In this document: piece after piece, positions 49,771 to 60,672 of the stretch
Position numbering within the stretch: the first letter of the stretch is position 1
Layout of the letters: each line of letters opens with the position of its first letter
From: Camelus dromedarius
Taxonomy: Eukaryota
Direction: 5' to 3'
DNA: 64,000 nucleotides
NCBI RefSeq assembly: GCF_036321535.1
Contig: NC_087449.1
Location: 70,122,001-70,186,000 of the forward strand
Made by a program: the position numbers and the translations under genes
The notes under the pieces: model-generated
Databases searched by the model: none
Seen by the model: only the letters and a program-made list of their open reading frames with translations
What the model was told of the DNA's origin: nothing

Positions 49771-50500
49771 TTTTCCCTTCCGGTTCTGTTGAGGTAGCAT
49801 TGCCGTACAGCACCGTACAGCCTTAAGGTGCACAGCGCGATGATCTGACCTACGAACATCAGGAAACGATCACTATAAATTTAACGAACATTCAGCATCT
49901 CATACGGACACAAAATTAAAGGAACAGGAAACACTGGTTCTTGTGATGAGAACTCTTAGGATCTACTCTTAATGGCTTCCGTCTACAGCTCAGAGCAGGA
50001 TTAGCCACGTTCCCCACGTTGTGGCAGCTGGGAGCCTGTGCCTTCTGACTGCCTTTATCCAACTCCCCCCCCATAACCCCAGTGTGACCTCTTTCTGTGA
50101 ACTTGTTTGTGGAGTGTGACTGACTTGAAGTCCCAGGTTAGCTCCTGTTGTACAACGGAGTAATTCCACACTTCTGTGCATTTCAAAGTGACCACCACGG
50201 AGAGTCCGGTTAGGACACAGCACCGCACAGGGAGATCACGGAGCCACTGCACGTCTCGGGCCGGGGCCTCGTTTACTCTGCACCTGGAGGTTTGCACCTG
50301 TCAGTGCCTCTCACCCTCTGCTTTGCTCCCCCGACCCCAGGCAGCCACGTGTTTGTTCTCTGCATCTATGACTCTGTTTCTGTTTTATTTTGTTTGCTCA
50401 TTTGTTTTGTTTTTTCGATTCTACATAGAAGAGAAATCACATAGCATTTCTCTGTCTGACTTACTTTACTTAGCATGAGACCCTCTAGGTCCATCCATAT

Positions 50501-50661
50501 NNNNNNNNNNNNNNNNNNNNNNNNNNNNNNNNNNNNNNNNNNNNNNNNNNNNNNNNNNNNNNNNNNNNNNNNNNNNNNNNNNNNNNNNNNNNNNNNNNNN
50601 NNNNNNNNNNNNNNNNNNNNNNNNNNNNNNNNNNNNNNNNNNNNNNNNNNNNNNNNNNNNN
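50501..50661. other. N-block (161 nt) inside L1
   Basis: Flanked by L1 3' sequence on both sides. Confidence 0.95.
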
Positions 50662-53637
50662 TCTTTTCAAATGGTTTTGCATTTTCTTTGGATATATGCC
50701 CAGGAGTGGAATTGCTGGATCATATGATAGTCCTCTTTTTACTTTTTTGAGGAACCTCCGTACTATTTTCCACAGCGGCTGCACCCGTTCACATCCCCAC
50801 CAGCAGTGCCCGAGGGCTCCCTTCCTTCCACATCCTCACCAGCGTTTATCTGTGGCCTTTTTGGTGATGGCCGTTCTGACAGGTGTGAGGTGGTGTTTCC
50901 TTGTGGCTTTGACTTGCATTTCTCTGACCAGGGATGTTGAGCATCTTTCCACGTGCCTGCTGGCTGTCTGTGTGTCTTCTTTGGAAAATATCTGTTCAGA
51001 CCCTCTGCCCACTTTTTAACTGGGTTGTTCAGGTTTTGAATATTGAGCTGTAAGAGTTCTATGTATCTGGGGTATTAACCCCTCATCGGATGTACTGTTT
51101 GCAAATACCTTCTCGCATTCAGTCGGCGGCCTGTTCGTTTTGTTGTTTCCTTCTCTGCGCCCAAGCGTTTCAGTTTGATGTCGGCCCATTTATTTGTTTT
51201 TGCTTTTGTTTCCCTTGCTTTTGGAGACGAATCAAAAAAATATTACCGAGACATGTCAAAGAGTTTACTACCTCTGTTTCCTTCGAGAAGTTCTATCATT
51301 TCAGGTCTTACGTTTAAGTCTTTAACTTACTTTGAGTTTGTCTTAGGGCATGCTGTAAGAGAGTAGTCCAGTCTGACTCTTCTGCAGGTAAGCTGTCCAG
51401 CTTTCCCAACGCCCAGCGCTCACTGCACAGGCTGCCTTTTCCCTGCCGTACTTCCTGCCTCCTTTATTTCGGGTTATAACCCACACACGTGTAGGTTTAT
51501 TTCCGGGCTCTCTATTCTGTTGCATGGCTGTGTGTCTCGCTTTGGTTGATTTACAGATATTGAAACATCCTTGGATGGCTGGGGTAAACCCCCCTGGATC
51601 ACGGTGTATGAGCCTTTCAATGTGCTGTTGGGTTCAGTTTGCTGATATTTTGTTGAGGATTTCTGCATCTCTGTCCGTCAGCAATACTGGTGTGTCATTT
51701 TCTTTTTTGTCATGTCTCAGTCTGGCTTTGGTATCGGTGGTGCTGACCTCGTGGGATGGGTTTGGAAGTGCTCCTTGCTCTGCAAGTTTTGGGGATAGCT
51801 TGAGAAGGGTAGGTGCAAAGTCCTCTCTAAATGTTTGGCAGAAGTCACCTCTCAAGCCGTCTGGCCCTGGACTTCTGTTTATTGGTAGGTTTTTTAAATT
51901 AATTGTCTCAGTTAATCTCTTAGGGTCCTTTGTGCTTCTGTGGTGTCAGCTGTAACTTATTTTCGCATCTGCTTTTCTAGATTTGGGCCGTCTTCTCCTT
52001 TTCTTGGTGAGTCTGGCCAAAGGCCCATCGATTTTGCTTCTCTCTTCAAAGAGCCTGCTCTTAGTTTCGTTGACCTTTTCTGCTCTTTTCGGCCTCTGTT
52101 TCATTTGTTTCTGCTCTGATCTTTATGATCTCTTTCCTTCCGCTCGCTGTGGGTTTTGTTTGCTCTTCTCTCTCTCTCGCTTTAGGTGTGAGGTCAGGGT
52201 GTGTGTCCGAGACGTTTCCTCAGGCAGGGCTGTGTCGCCATAATCATCCCTTTTAGAACTGCTTTGCTGCGTCCCAGAGACGGTGGATCATTTGCTTTTC
52301 ATTTCCATTTATCTCCAGGTATTTTTAAAATTTTTCTTGGACTTCTTCAGTGATTCATTGGTTGTTTAGTAGCATATTTTGCAGTTACTTTTCCTTGTAG
52401 TTAATTTCTAGTCTCATAGCACTGTGGTCACAAAAGGTACCTGATATGATTTCAACTTCCTTAAATTTACTGAGACTCGGTTTGTGGCCTAGAATGTGGT
52501 CTGTCCTGGACACTGTTGCATGTGCACTGGAAGAGGATGTGTATTGTGCTGGGTTTGGACGAAATGCTCTGTATGGATCTACTAAGTTCCCTTGGTCCAG
52601 CGTGCTTCCTTGCTGCTTTTCTGTCTGGGTGGTCTGTCCACTGACTTGCGTGGGGGCTGAGGTCCCGCTGCGAGCGCTGCTGCCCGTGTCCCCTTTACGT
52701 CTGGGATGCTGGCTCATGCTCTGGGTGCTCCTATGCCGGGCCTGTGCGTTTACAACTGTTATATCTTCTTCTTGGATTGATTACATGATGTTCTTTTTTA
52801 TCTCCTGTCACAGTCTTTGTTTTAAAGTCCATTTTGTCCGATGTAAGCATTGCTACCCCAGCTTCTTTTGATCTCCGTGTGCGCGGAGCACCTTTTTGCA
52901 TCCCCTCACTTGCAGTCTGTGTCTGTCTTCAGATCTAGTGCGAGTCTCTCGCAGGCAGCACACGTTCAGGCCTTGCTTTTGGAGCCACTTGGACCCTGTG
53001 TGTTTTGACTGGAGCATTCAGTCCGTTTGCTTTTAAAGTAATTATTCACAGATATGTGCTTTTGCCGTGTTAATTGTCTGGCGGCTGCTTCGTCGTTCCT
53101 TTTCTGCTCCTTTCTTCCTCTGCTCTCTCCGCTTGTGATCTGAGGACTGTCTCTAGGGTTGCGATTGGACTCCTTGTTCTTTTGTGTGTGTGCCTATTAC
53201 GGAGGTTTGGTTTGTGGTTACTGTGAGGTTTACGTACGGCCGTGGATGTATCTGTGCCGATCTCCTATGCCCACTCTCATTTCAGCCACCCTGCATTTTT
53301 GCCCCCCAACACCACGTTTTCTGGTTCTGAACCCTCGTTTCACTTCTGTCTTGTGCGTCCCGCACTGCTTCCCACGGAGACGGGTGGCCGCGCCGCCTCG
53401 CCTTGGAGCCGCCGCGCTGGCTTCAGGGGCGGCTGACCTGCTGCCTGTACTGTGTGTTTGCCTTTAGCAGTGGGGTTTTTCCTTTTGTAGTTTTCATGTT
53501 TCTGGTTTTGGCCTTTTCTTTTTTGTTTAGAGAAGTCCCTTTAACGTTTCTGCGAAGCTGGTTTGGCAGTGCTTAACTCTCAGCATTTGCTTTTGCTTTC
53601 TCCGTCGAATCAGAGCAGAAGCCTTGCCAGACGGGGT

Positions 53638-53667
53638 GTCCTGGTCGCAGGCGTCCCGGTCGCAGGC
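53638..53667. repeat. 15-bp tandem duplication inside L1
   Basis: gtcctggtcgcaggc followed by gtcccggtcgcaggc. Confidence 0.8.
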
Positions 53668-56600
53668 GTCCCCTGTCTCAGTTTAAAGGTAGCGTGCCCC
53701 TCCCTTTGGCCGACAGTGTTGTGGGAGTTCCTTTGTGCGTGACTTCTTTCCTTCCCGTTGCTCCTTTTAATATTCTCTCTTTGCTTTAATTTTTGCCGTT
53801 TCAATTACGGTGTGTCGTGGTGTGGTTCTCTTTGGGTTCATCCTATTTGGGACTCATGTGATTCCGGGACCTGGATGTCCGTTTCCTCCCCCAGGTTAGG
53901 GAGTTTTTCAACTTTTATGTCTTCAGGGATGTTCCTTGCCCCTCTCTCCTCTCCTTCTGGGACCCCATAATGCGAATGTTAGTGTGCTGGGTGTTGTCAC
54001 AGAGGCCTCTTAAACTGTCCTCATTTCTTTTTATTCTTCTTTCTGTTCACTCTCACTGACGTCCACTCCTCTGTCTCCTGGTTCGCCGGCCCATTCCATT
54101 GTGTCACAAATCTGCTGGTGATTCCTTCTTGCGTGTTTTTTAATTTCAGTTCCTCATCTCAGTTTGTTTCTTCTTTGTGTTTTCTCTGTTAGACTCTTGT
54201 AGCCTTGCGCTGTGCTCACCCAGTCTTCTCCCAGGTCCTCTGAGCATCTTTACAGCCACAGCCTTGAACTCTTTATCCAATAGGTTGCATATCCCCTCCA
54301 CTTCGTTCTTCCCTGGGGTTTTATCTTGTTGCCTCATTTGGAACCTATTCCTCTGTTGTCTTATTTTGCCTAATTTGCTGTTTTTACTCCTATGTACTTG
54401 GTAGGTTGGTTGCACTTCCAAAGCTTGGAGACGAGGCCTGTTATAGGAGTCCTTTTACGTCACCAGCACTTCCCCTGTGGTCACCAGAGCTGTATGCTCC
54501 AGGGGTGTCCCTGCGTGGCTGTGTGGGTCCTTCTGTTGTGGTGGGTGACTATGTGGGTGATCTGGTAGGTGTGGCAGCCCCCTGGTCTGGTTGGTTGCCA
54601 GGCCCAGCCTTGTGAGGAGGCTCTGGTCACTTGTGGGTGAGGCTGGGTCACTTGGCACCTGGTTGCAGAGGCCCGGATAGTCCCAGGGCTAGTTTTGGCC
54701 CACTGGTGGGCAAAGCTGGGTTCCAGGGTGGGTGGCTGCAGGGCCTGGTTGTCCAGGAGCTAGCATCAGGCCACTGGTGGATGGTGCTTGTTCCTGACAT
54801 GGTTGGCTGCAGGGTCTGGGGTGTCCCTCCCAAACTGGTGTCAGCCTGCTTGTGAGTGGGGCCAGGGCAGCTAGCTGAGGGGTCCAAGGTGTCTTGGAGC
54901 TGGTGTTGGCCTGCTGGTGGGCAGGGCCAGGGCACAGGGGTGTCCGGGGCCTGGTGTCCACCTGCTGGTGGGCAGGCTGGGTCCTTATGCAGCAAGCTGT
55001 GGGGCTGTGGTGGTCCTGGGCTGGCACCTGCCCTCTGGACAACAGGGCTGGCTGGGGCCCACCTGCGGGTGGGCGACGCTGGGTCCTTGGGTCTCCCCTT
55101 GCAGGGCTGGGGGTCCAGGAACCAGTGTAAGTCCACTGATGAGCAGAGCTGAGGCCCAGGGCTCCTGGGGTGCCTGCCCACTGGTGTACAGGATCAGGCA
55201 CTGGGCCCTCAGGTGGACAGAGCCAGGTCCTGGGGCTGCTGTGTGCTCTGGGGGTCTTAAGGCAGCCGGCCTTCTGGTGGGTGGGACTGTGCCCCCTGCC
55301 CAGCTGCCGATCAGCCTGAGGCGTCCCCGTGCTGGTGCCGACAGGCTGCTGGGCGGGGCTGGGCCCCGGCACTGACTGGTAGAGGAGGACTCCACAGTGA
55401 CACCCGCCAGCACCAGTGTCCACGTGGCAGAATGAGCTCCCAAAAATGTCTGCCCCCATGTCTGTGTCCCCAGGGTGACCGCTAATCTCCTCCTGCGTCT
55501 CCGGGAGGCTCCCCTTGACCAGCACGTGGGTCTGACCCAGGCTGCTCTCAAGTTACTGCTGCTGCCGTGGGCCCTGGAGCAGGGGAGTCTGTGTGCGCTG
55601 TGAAGTGGAGCCTCTGTTCCCCTGGCCCTCTGGGTCTCCTGGACGTAAGCCGTGCTGGCATTCAAGCCAGATGTTCTGGTGGTTCACCCTCCCAGCGCAG
55701 GACCCCTAGACAGGGGAGCCTGAAGTGGGGCTCAGACCCCTGGCTCCTGGGGGAGCTTCTGCAGTTGTGCTTGTGCTGCAGTTGTGGGTCGCCCCCCAAG
55801 GTGTGGTCCTGACTTCACCACGTCTCAACCTCCTACCTGTCTCGTTGCGGCCCCTTCTCTGTCTTCGGTGGGAGAAGGTCTTTCCTGCTAAGCTTCTGGT
55901 CCTTCTCGTCAGTCTGGCTCTGTGAATCGTGAGGGCCTTGGCGCCGTGGGGGGCGGCGAGTTCAGGGCCTCCCTACTCCGCCACCCCAGCCGCGTCCTCG
56001 CTGTTTCTGATTCGGGCTGATTGATTTGGTCAGAGATCAGACGTGTGGGAGTTTAGTCCTTGGATACGTATCGAGTCCTGCTTTGGGACCAGTAGATCAT
56101 TTTTCTAAATATCCTGCGTGTGGTTTAAGGGAGCGCTTAGAACCCTGTGCTTGTTTATATTCTGTGTACGCCTGCAGGGCTCAGGCTGTTAATGGTGCTG
56201 CTTGAACGTATGGCATCGATGACTCAGGGTGTCTGGCTTTGCGTCAGTTCCCGAGAGAGTCAGGCCAGCCTTTCCCGCTGAAGTCTGTGCCTCGGACCTT
56301 CCCGCTGGTCTGCCGGCCTTTGCTCCGTCTACTTTGCGCGTTGACTCCCGGGTGCAAGGCTGCCGTGTCTTCCCGGCGACTGAGCGCGTGGTCACGACGC
56401 GGCCTCCGCTGCCACTCCTGCTTTTTCCCTGAAGTATTTCTGTCTGTTTCTAGACAACTGCACTAGCTTCCTATTTATAGTTTCTATAGTGTGTCTTTTT
56501 CTGACTTTTAAAATGCAGTGCTTCTGTACGTTATTGTTGTAGAATTCTCTTTTAAATGGAAAAAAGTTAGCTTTTTGGTGTTGTGTTTGGTTTTTCAATC

Positions 56601-57829
56601 CAGTTTGGTAAGGTGGTCACTTACATATTCGTATTGTTGCCTTCACTTAGGTTTTAACCTGATGATTTCTTATTGTCAGTTCTTCAAGGTTCTTAAGACA
56701 ATTAAAATACATTCTTCCCAGCATTTCAGGTCATTTTCACGCTGGCCAGGCAATTCCCAAAACAGGTTCCAGCTGCTTCTTAAGCATGTTTTAGCAAACC
56801 CCAGTCTGATCGTGTTTCACCTGCATGTCAGGGGCGCCCGGGTCCCAGCCCGCCAGCTTGTGTGACGCACGTGGGGCTTCGGGGACACTCCGCTCATCCT
56901 TGCACTCCCCGCCTTCTGCTTTGTTCACGCTGTTTCTTCTTCCATTTGTTCATCTCTGTGGACTCACGTACTGAAAAAAACAGAACCCTTCCCCTGTCGC
57001 TTAAGGGAGGGCTTGAGGTGGATCAGAGGCCACCTGCCTGGACCTGCTGCCCTTAACCAGATGTCCAGGCTGTGTGCGGTTTGATGTGGTCGTTTTAAAC
57101 AGAGCTGTGTGTGTGAGGTTCCACCTCTTGTCTGACTGTCAGTTACACTGCTGCACATGTGACGCGACGAGCACGTGGAACCCACTGGCGCGGGGCGTCT
57201 TCCGAGTGCCCCGCCGTTCACAGGCTAGGGGGCTGGCAGGTGTTTTCAGGTGGTGGGAACATTGTTGGTATTTTACAAGCTGCCTTAAAATTTTACCTCT
57301 CAGAACTTCAGTGCATAACTGTTTCTTTGCAGCATTTGAAAAATAAATTAGTGACATTGATTTATTAATTATCAAGGAAACATTAGGCTTTAGAAACATT
57401 TTTCAGAGAATTACGTGGAAGCAATTGCTAAATTAAGCAATGAAAACAAACTCATCTACAATTTTATCACCTTGTACATAGTGCCGGTGTTTAATGTGAA
57501 CATTGCATACCAAGCTCTACACAGGCAAGCTGCCAGCTTCTCCGAAAGGATAATCAAAGCACAGTGAAGACTCTGGCATTCCTTAAGAACCGTTCTGAGC
57601 TGCGACCGTGCATGTGTTCTGCTGAGGTAACAGCACGCTGCAACGTACGCGCTGTAACCCGCACACAGGTTAAACGTACGTTTGGATGAGTCCGACGGTT
57701 GTGTTCACCTGTGTAACCACCACCCGAGACAAGGCAGCGTTTCCATCCTCCTGTGGCCACCTCCACCCCCATTCCCACCATCTGGTTTCTGTCGTCATCT
57801 GTCTGTACCAGGTTGCATGACTTTTTGAT

Positions 57830-58700
57830 TGAAATAGAGTTGGTGTAAGGTGTTGTGCTAGGTTCTGTGCACAGCATGGTGATTCAGTCATACACATACA
57901 GGTATATGTTCTTTTTCACATTCTTTTCCACTGTGGTTTATGACAGGACACTGAGTGCAGCTCCCCGTGCTGTGCAGCGGGACCTTGTTGGTCTGTTTTC
58001 TGTACAGCAGTTACTGCCTGCAAATCCCAGGCTCCTGCCCTGCCCTCCCCCACTGCACGGGGGCACCGCTGGTGCTCACCTGACGCCGATCCTGCGGCCC
58101 TTCCCCGGTGCTGAGTGTGCCAGACCTCAGCCTTCCATGTGGTTCCCGGGGGTGGTTCCTGTGTGTGGACGTGCCGCAGTCTGTTTGTGGCTCTCGTTGG
58201 TGATGACACAGATCTGGGCTGATTGCACTTTGGGGCTGTTATGAATAAGGTGGCTACGAACATTCCTGCACCAGTTTTCTGTGGACATATTTGTTTCTCA
58301 TGAGCAAATAGCTCAAAGTAGCGTTTCCGGGTCCCAAGGTAAGTGCACGTGACAGCCCTGGGGGTCACGATCCAGTGTCCGGTGGTTTTGGTCTGAGGCG
58401 TGAACAGGCAGCAGTCCTGTGGCTTCACTTGAGAACGAAGACGCTGCACAGAGTTCCAGGAGCTCCGTGGCCTTTCGTACGTCTTCTTTTGTCGTGTCTG
58501 CTCTAAAGTTGTCGGCCCTTTTCAGTTGGAGTTTGGACTTCCTGCTGCGGATTCGGGGCTTCTCTGTCATGTCCCGGGTGCACAGCCTTCGTCAGATACG
58601 TGTGCTGCAAATACTTTCTCGCGCTGTGGTTCATCTCTTCATTTTCTTAATGTCTTTTTCGAAGAGGAATTGTTAATTTTTATGAAGTCTAATGTCTTAG
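57830..58700 (-). mobile_element. L1 3' and ORF2-end remnants
   Basis: tttttgattgaaatagagttggtgtaag...; tgggctgttatgaataaggtggctacgaacattcc; gatacgtgtgctgcaaatactttctc. Confidence 0.65.
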
Positions 58701-58770
58701 TTTTTTTAATCCGTGATCTCGTTCATCTATAGCTTGTGCATTTTTTTGTAGCTGATTTCTGCCTGCCAGG

Positions 58771-58837
58771 ATGGAAGAGGACGCCAGCCTGCTGCCTGAG
58801 GAGACGCTTTCGGACGGCGCCCCCCTCGTGGAAGACG
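58771..58837 (+). CDS. CFAP74: Cilia- and flagella-associated protein 74, first coding exon (MEEDASLLPEETLSDGAPLVED); the exon starts at 58752
   Basis: T-rich TAG acceptor ending at 58751, 19 nt of UTR, ATG at 58771, 67 coding nt, GTAATG donor at 58838. Resembles the human N-terminus MEDDGSLLPED. Confidence 0.88.
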
Positions 58838-59479
58838 GTAATGCAGACGCGTCTTTTCACAGATAACTCGCGTTCCGGCAGCGAGGAAGGCAAATGCCGT
58901 GCCTCACCGTTGCCCTTTAACTTCCTTTTTCCGGGGAGACTAAATCTTTTAAACTCGCATCTTTTCTCAGAAAGGTGGCTTGTGTTGTTCTGCCTTTAAC
59001 TGGAGGAAAGAGCTCCGCTGGCTGAGACTCGGAAGGCGGCAGGGCCGCGGCTTCCTTTCCAGCGTCTCGGCTGAGAAATCTGATGCCGTTTTTATCCTCT
59101 GATTGCAACCTATTTTTGTTTTCCTTTCCTGGAAGCTTTTAGTTTTAAAAAAAAATCTGATGATCTGAAATTTCTCTAAGACGTGCCTTGATTCGGGCCA
59201 GTGCGGGACGCCAGGCTGGACAGTCCAGCCTGGAAACTGATCTCGGTCCCCCATCCGGCGCCGTGGCCGGTCGGCTGTGCCCTCGCCGGCGACGCCTGGT
59301 CCCCTCGCTCCAGGTTGCCTTCTCTTGTCCGCCGCCTTCCCGCTCCTGCTCTCGTGACCGTGGCCGGACACCTCTTAGAATTTCCTTTCATTTTTACTGA
59401 GATTTAATGAAGGAGTGGACGTAAGCCAGACAGCTTGCTTTGCCACGATTCGCTGGGAGTCTGCGGGGACTCTCTGAGA

Positions 59480-59867
59480 CAGTGGCTCTCACACCTTTTC
59501 CTGTCGGGGAACCCTTTACATCATTAAAAATTATTGACAACCCGAAAAGCTTTTGTTTATGATGGTTAATCTTTCAGTGTTCACTGTTAAAAACTAAATC
59601 TGAAAGGCTTTTTTTAAACCTGTTTACTTACAACAGCAGAACAGTGAGCCTGTCGCAGGCAGCGGCAAGAGCCCGGCTGGGAGGAGGCAGCTGGGCTCCA
59701 CGTGTCGTGAGGCCCCTGGAAACCTCCGCGGTGCGCTCGTGAAAAGGGCTGAAAAAGACAAATGATGCTTTGCTATTACTGTGAAGGCAGTCTTGACCTT
59801 ACAGACCCCCTGAAAGACTTTCAGGGACTCCCCCAGGGTTCCCTGGGCTCTGGTTTGAGAACCGCTG
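59480..59867. mobile_element. hAT-Charlie non-autonomous element with TIRs and an 8-bp TSD
   Basis: Ends CAGTGGCTCTCA and TGAGAACCGCTG are near-inverted repeats. Flanks ctctgaga (59472-59479) and cttggaga (59868-59875) match at 6 of 8 positions. Confidence 0.8.
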
Positions 59868-59974
59868 CTTGGAGACACCGTGGCCTCGCTGCCCGTCCAG
59901 GCGGAGCTTGGCGGGACTTCTCCCGGACCTTCAGGCTCGAGCGCCTGACTCTGGAACTCTTGCTTGGTTTCTAG

Positions 59975-60059
59975 AACCAGATGAACTGGAAGAGCCGGAG
60001 TTTGTGGGTGAGTCGCCCTCCATGGAGGCCGCGGGCCGGGCTGGCCCCGGAAGCTCCAG
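59975..60059 (+). CDS. CFAP74: CFAP74 second coding exon (EPDELEEPEFVGESPSMEAAGRAGPGSS)
   Basis: TAG acceptor ending at 59974, CAG|GTAACG donor at 60060, 85 nt, phase 1 to 2. DELEEPEF resembles human DELEDPEF. Confidence 0.8.
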
Positions 60060-60152
60060 GTAACGGACGGGGGACTGACGGGGGGGGGGGGGGCTGCTTG
60101 CCCGGGGCGGGGGAGTCGCCCCGCGATGGCAGCCGCCGTCCTTTCCCACCAG

Positions 60153-60293
60153 TCCAGGCAAAGGGCAGGGAGCCGGCAGGAGGAGGCGGAGACCGGCTGC
60201 CCCGGACCGAGTGCGGGCAGCACAGTGGCGGCAGGACCTGAGCCGCCTGGACAAGCTGCAGGAGGAGAAAGTCCTCTTCATTCAGAGGACACG
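60153..60293 (+). CDS. CFAP74: CFAP74 third coding exon (...WRQDLSRLDKLQEEKVLFIQRTR)
   Basis: CAG acceptor ending at 60152, GTGAG donor at 60294, 141 nt, open in phase 2. The 3' half resembles human LRQNLSALDKMHEEQELFTEKMR. Confidence 0.85.
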
Positions 60294-60573
60294 GTGAGCA
60301 GCGCCGGGGCCCCGCCTGGTGGGCTTTCCACGCTCGTCTGCAGAGAAGCTGGAACCTGAAAACCAGTTGCAGGCGCCGTGAAACCTTCCTCCTAAGTACC
60401 CGGTTGTGTGAGAGGGGTCCCCGGAGGAGAGGGTGTGTCTGCGGGCCCCGAGCCCCCACCCCGTCCCGCTGCCCCCTCCCCAGCTGGAGGAGCGGGGAGG
60501 CACCTGGGGAGAGGGAGGCGGAGGGCCTGGGTGTCAGGGGACCGTTTATCCAGATTCTGGCTTCACCTTTCAG

Positions 60574-60672
60574 AGGGGAGCTGCGTGCCAGCCGCCAGAG
60601 GATGGACCTCGTGGCCAAGCAGCAGGAGAGCGTGGCAGCCGAGGTGGCCGCGGAGAGAGAGGCCAACAACAT
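60574..60672 (+). CDS. CFAP74: CFAP74 fourth coding exon (GELRASRQRMDLVAKQQESVAAEVAAEREANNM)
   Basis: CAG acceptor ending at 60573, GTAGG donor at 60673, 99 nt. Seen in ORF 60404..60676. Confidence 0.92.

Larger units (their letters stand above)
49780..55990 (-). mobile_element. Degraded L1 (L1MA9-like) retaining both ends, with internal deletions, antisense in CFAP74 intron 1
   Basis: 3' UTR at about 49780-50500. ORF2 RT-proximal peptide in ORF 51634..51855 (PTLLKL...KKEND.P..L...DAEILNKI). Endonuclease peptide in ORF 52385..52717 (SSAHATVSRTDHILGHK). ORF1 N-terminus in ORF 54146..54421. GC-rich 5' UTR with sub-repeats at 54420-55990, ending in an L1-like start (GGCGGAGTAGGGAGGCCCTGAAC). 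Confidence 0.88.

Noticed and set aside
54650-55525. Repetitive GC-rich block with long ORFs, resembling a minisatellite or array
   Set aside because: It lies directly upstream of L1 ORF1 and is explained as L1 5' UTR sub-repeats. There is no repeat-spacer structure, and CRISPR does not apply to this mammalian DNA.
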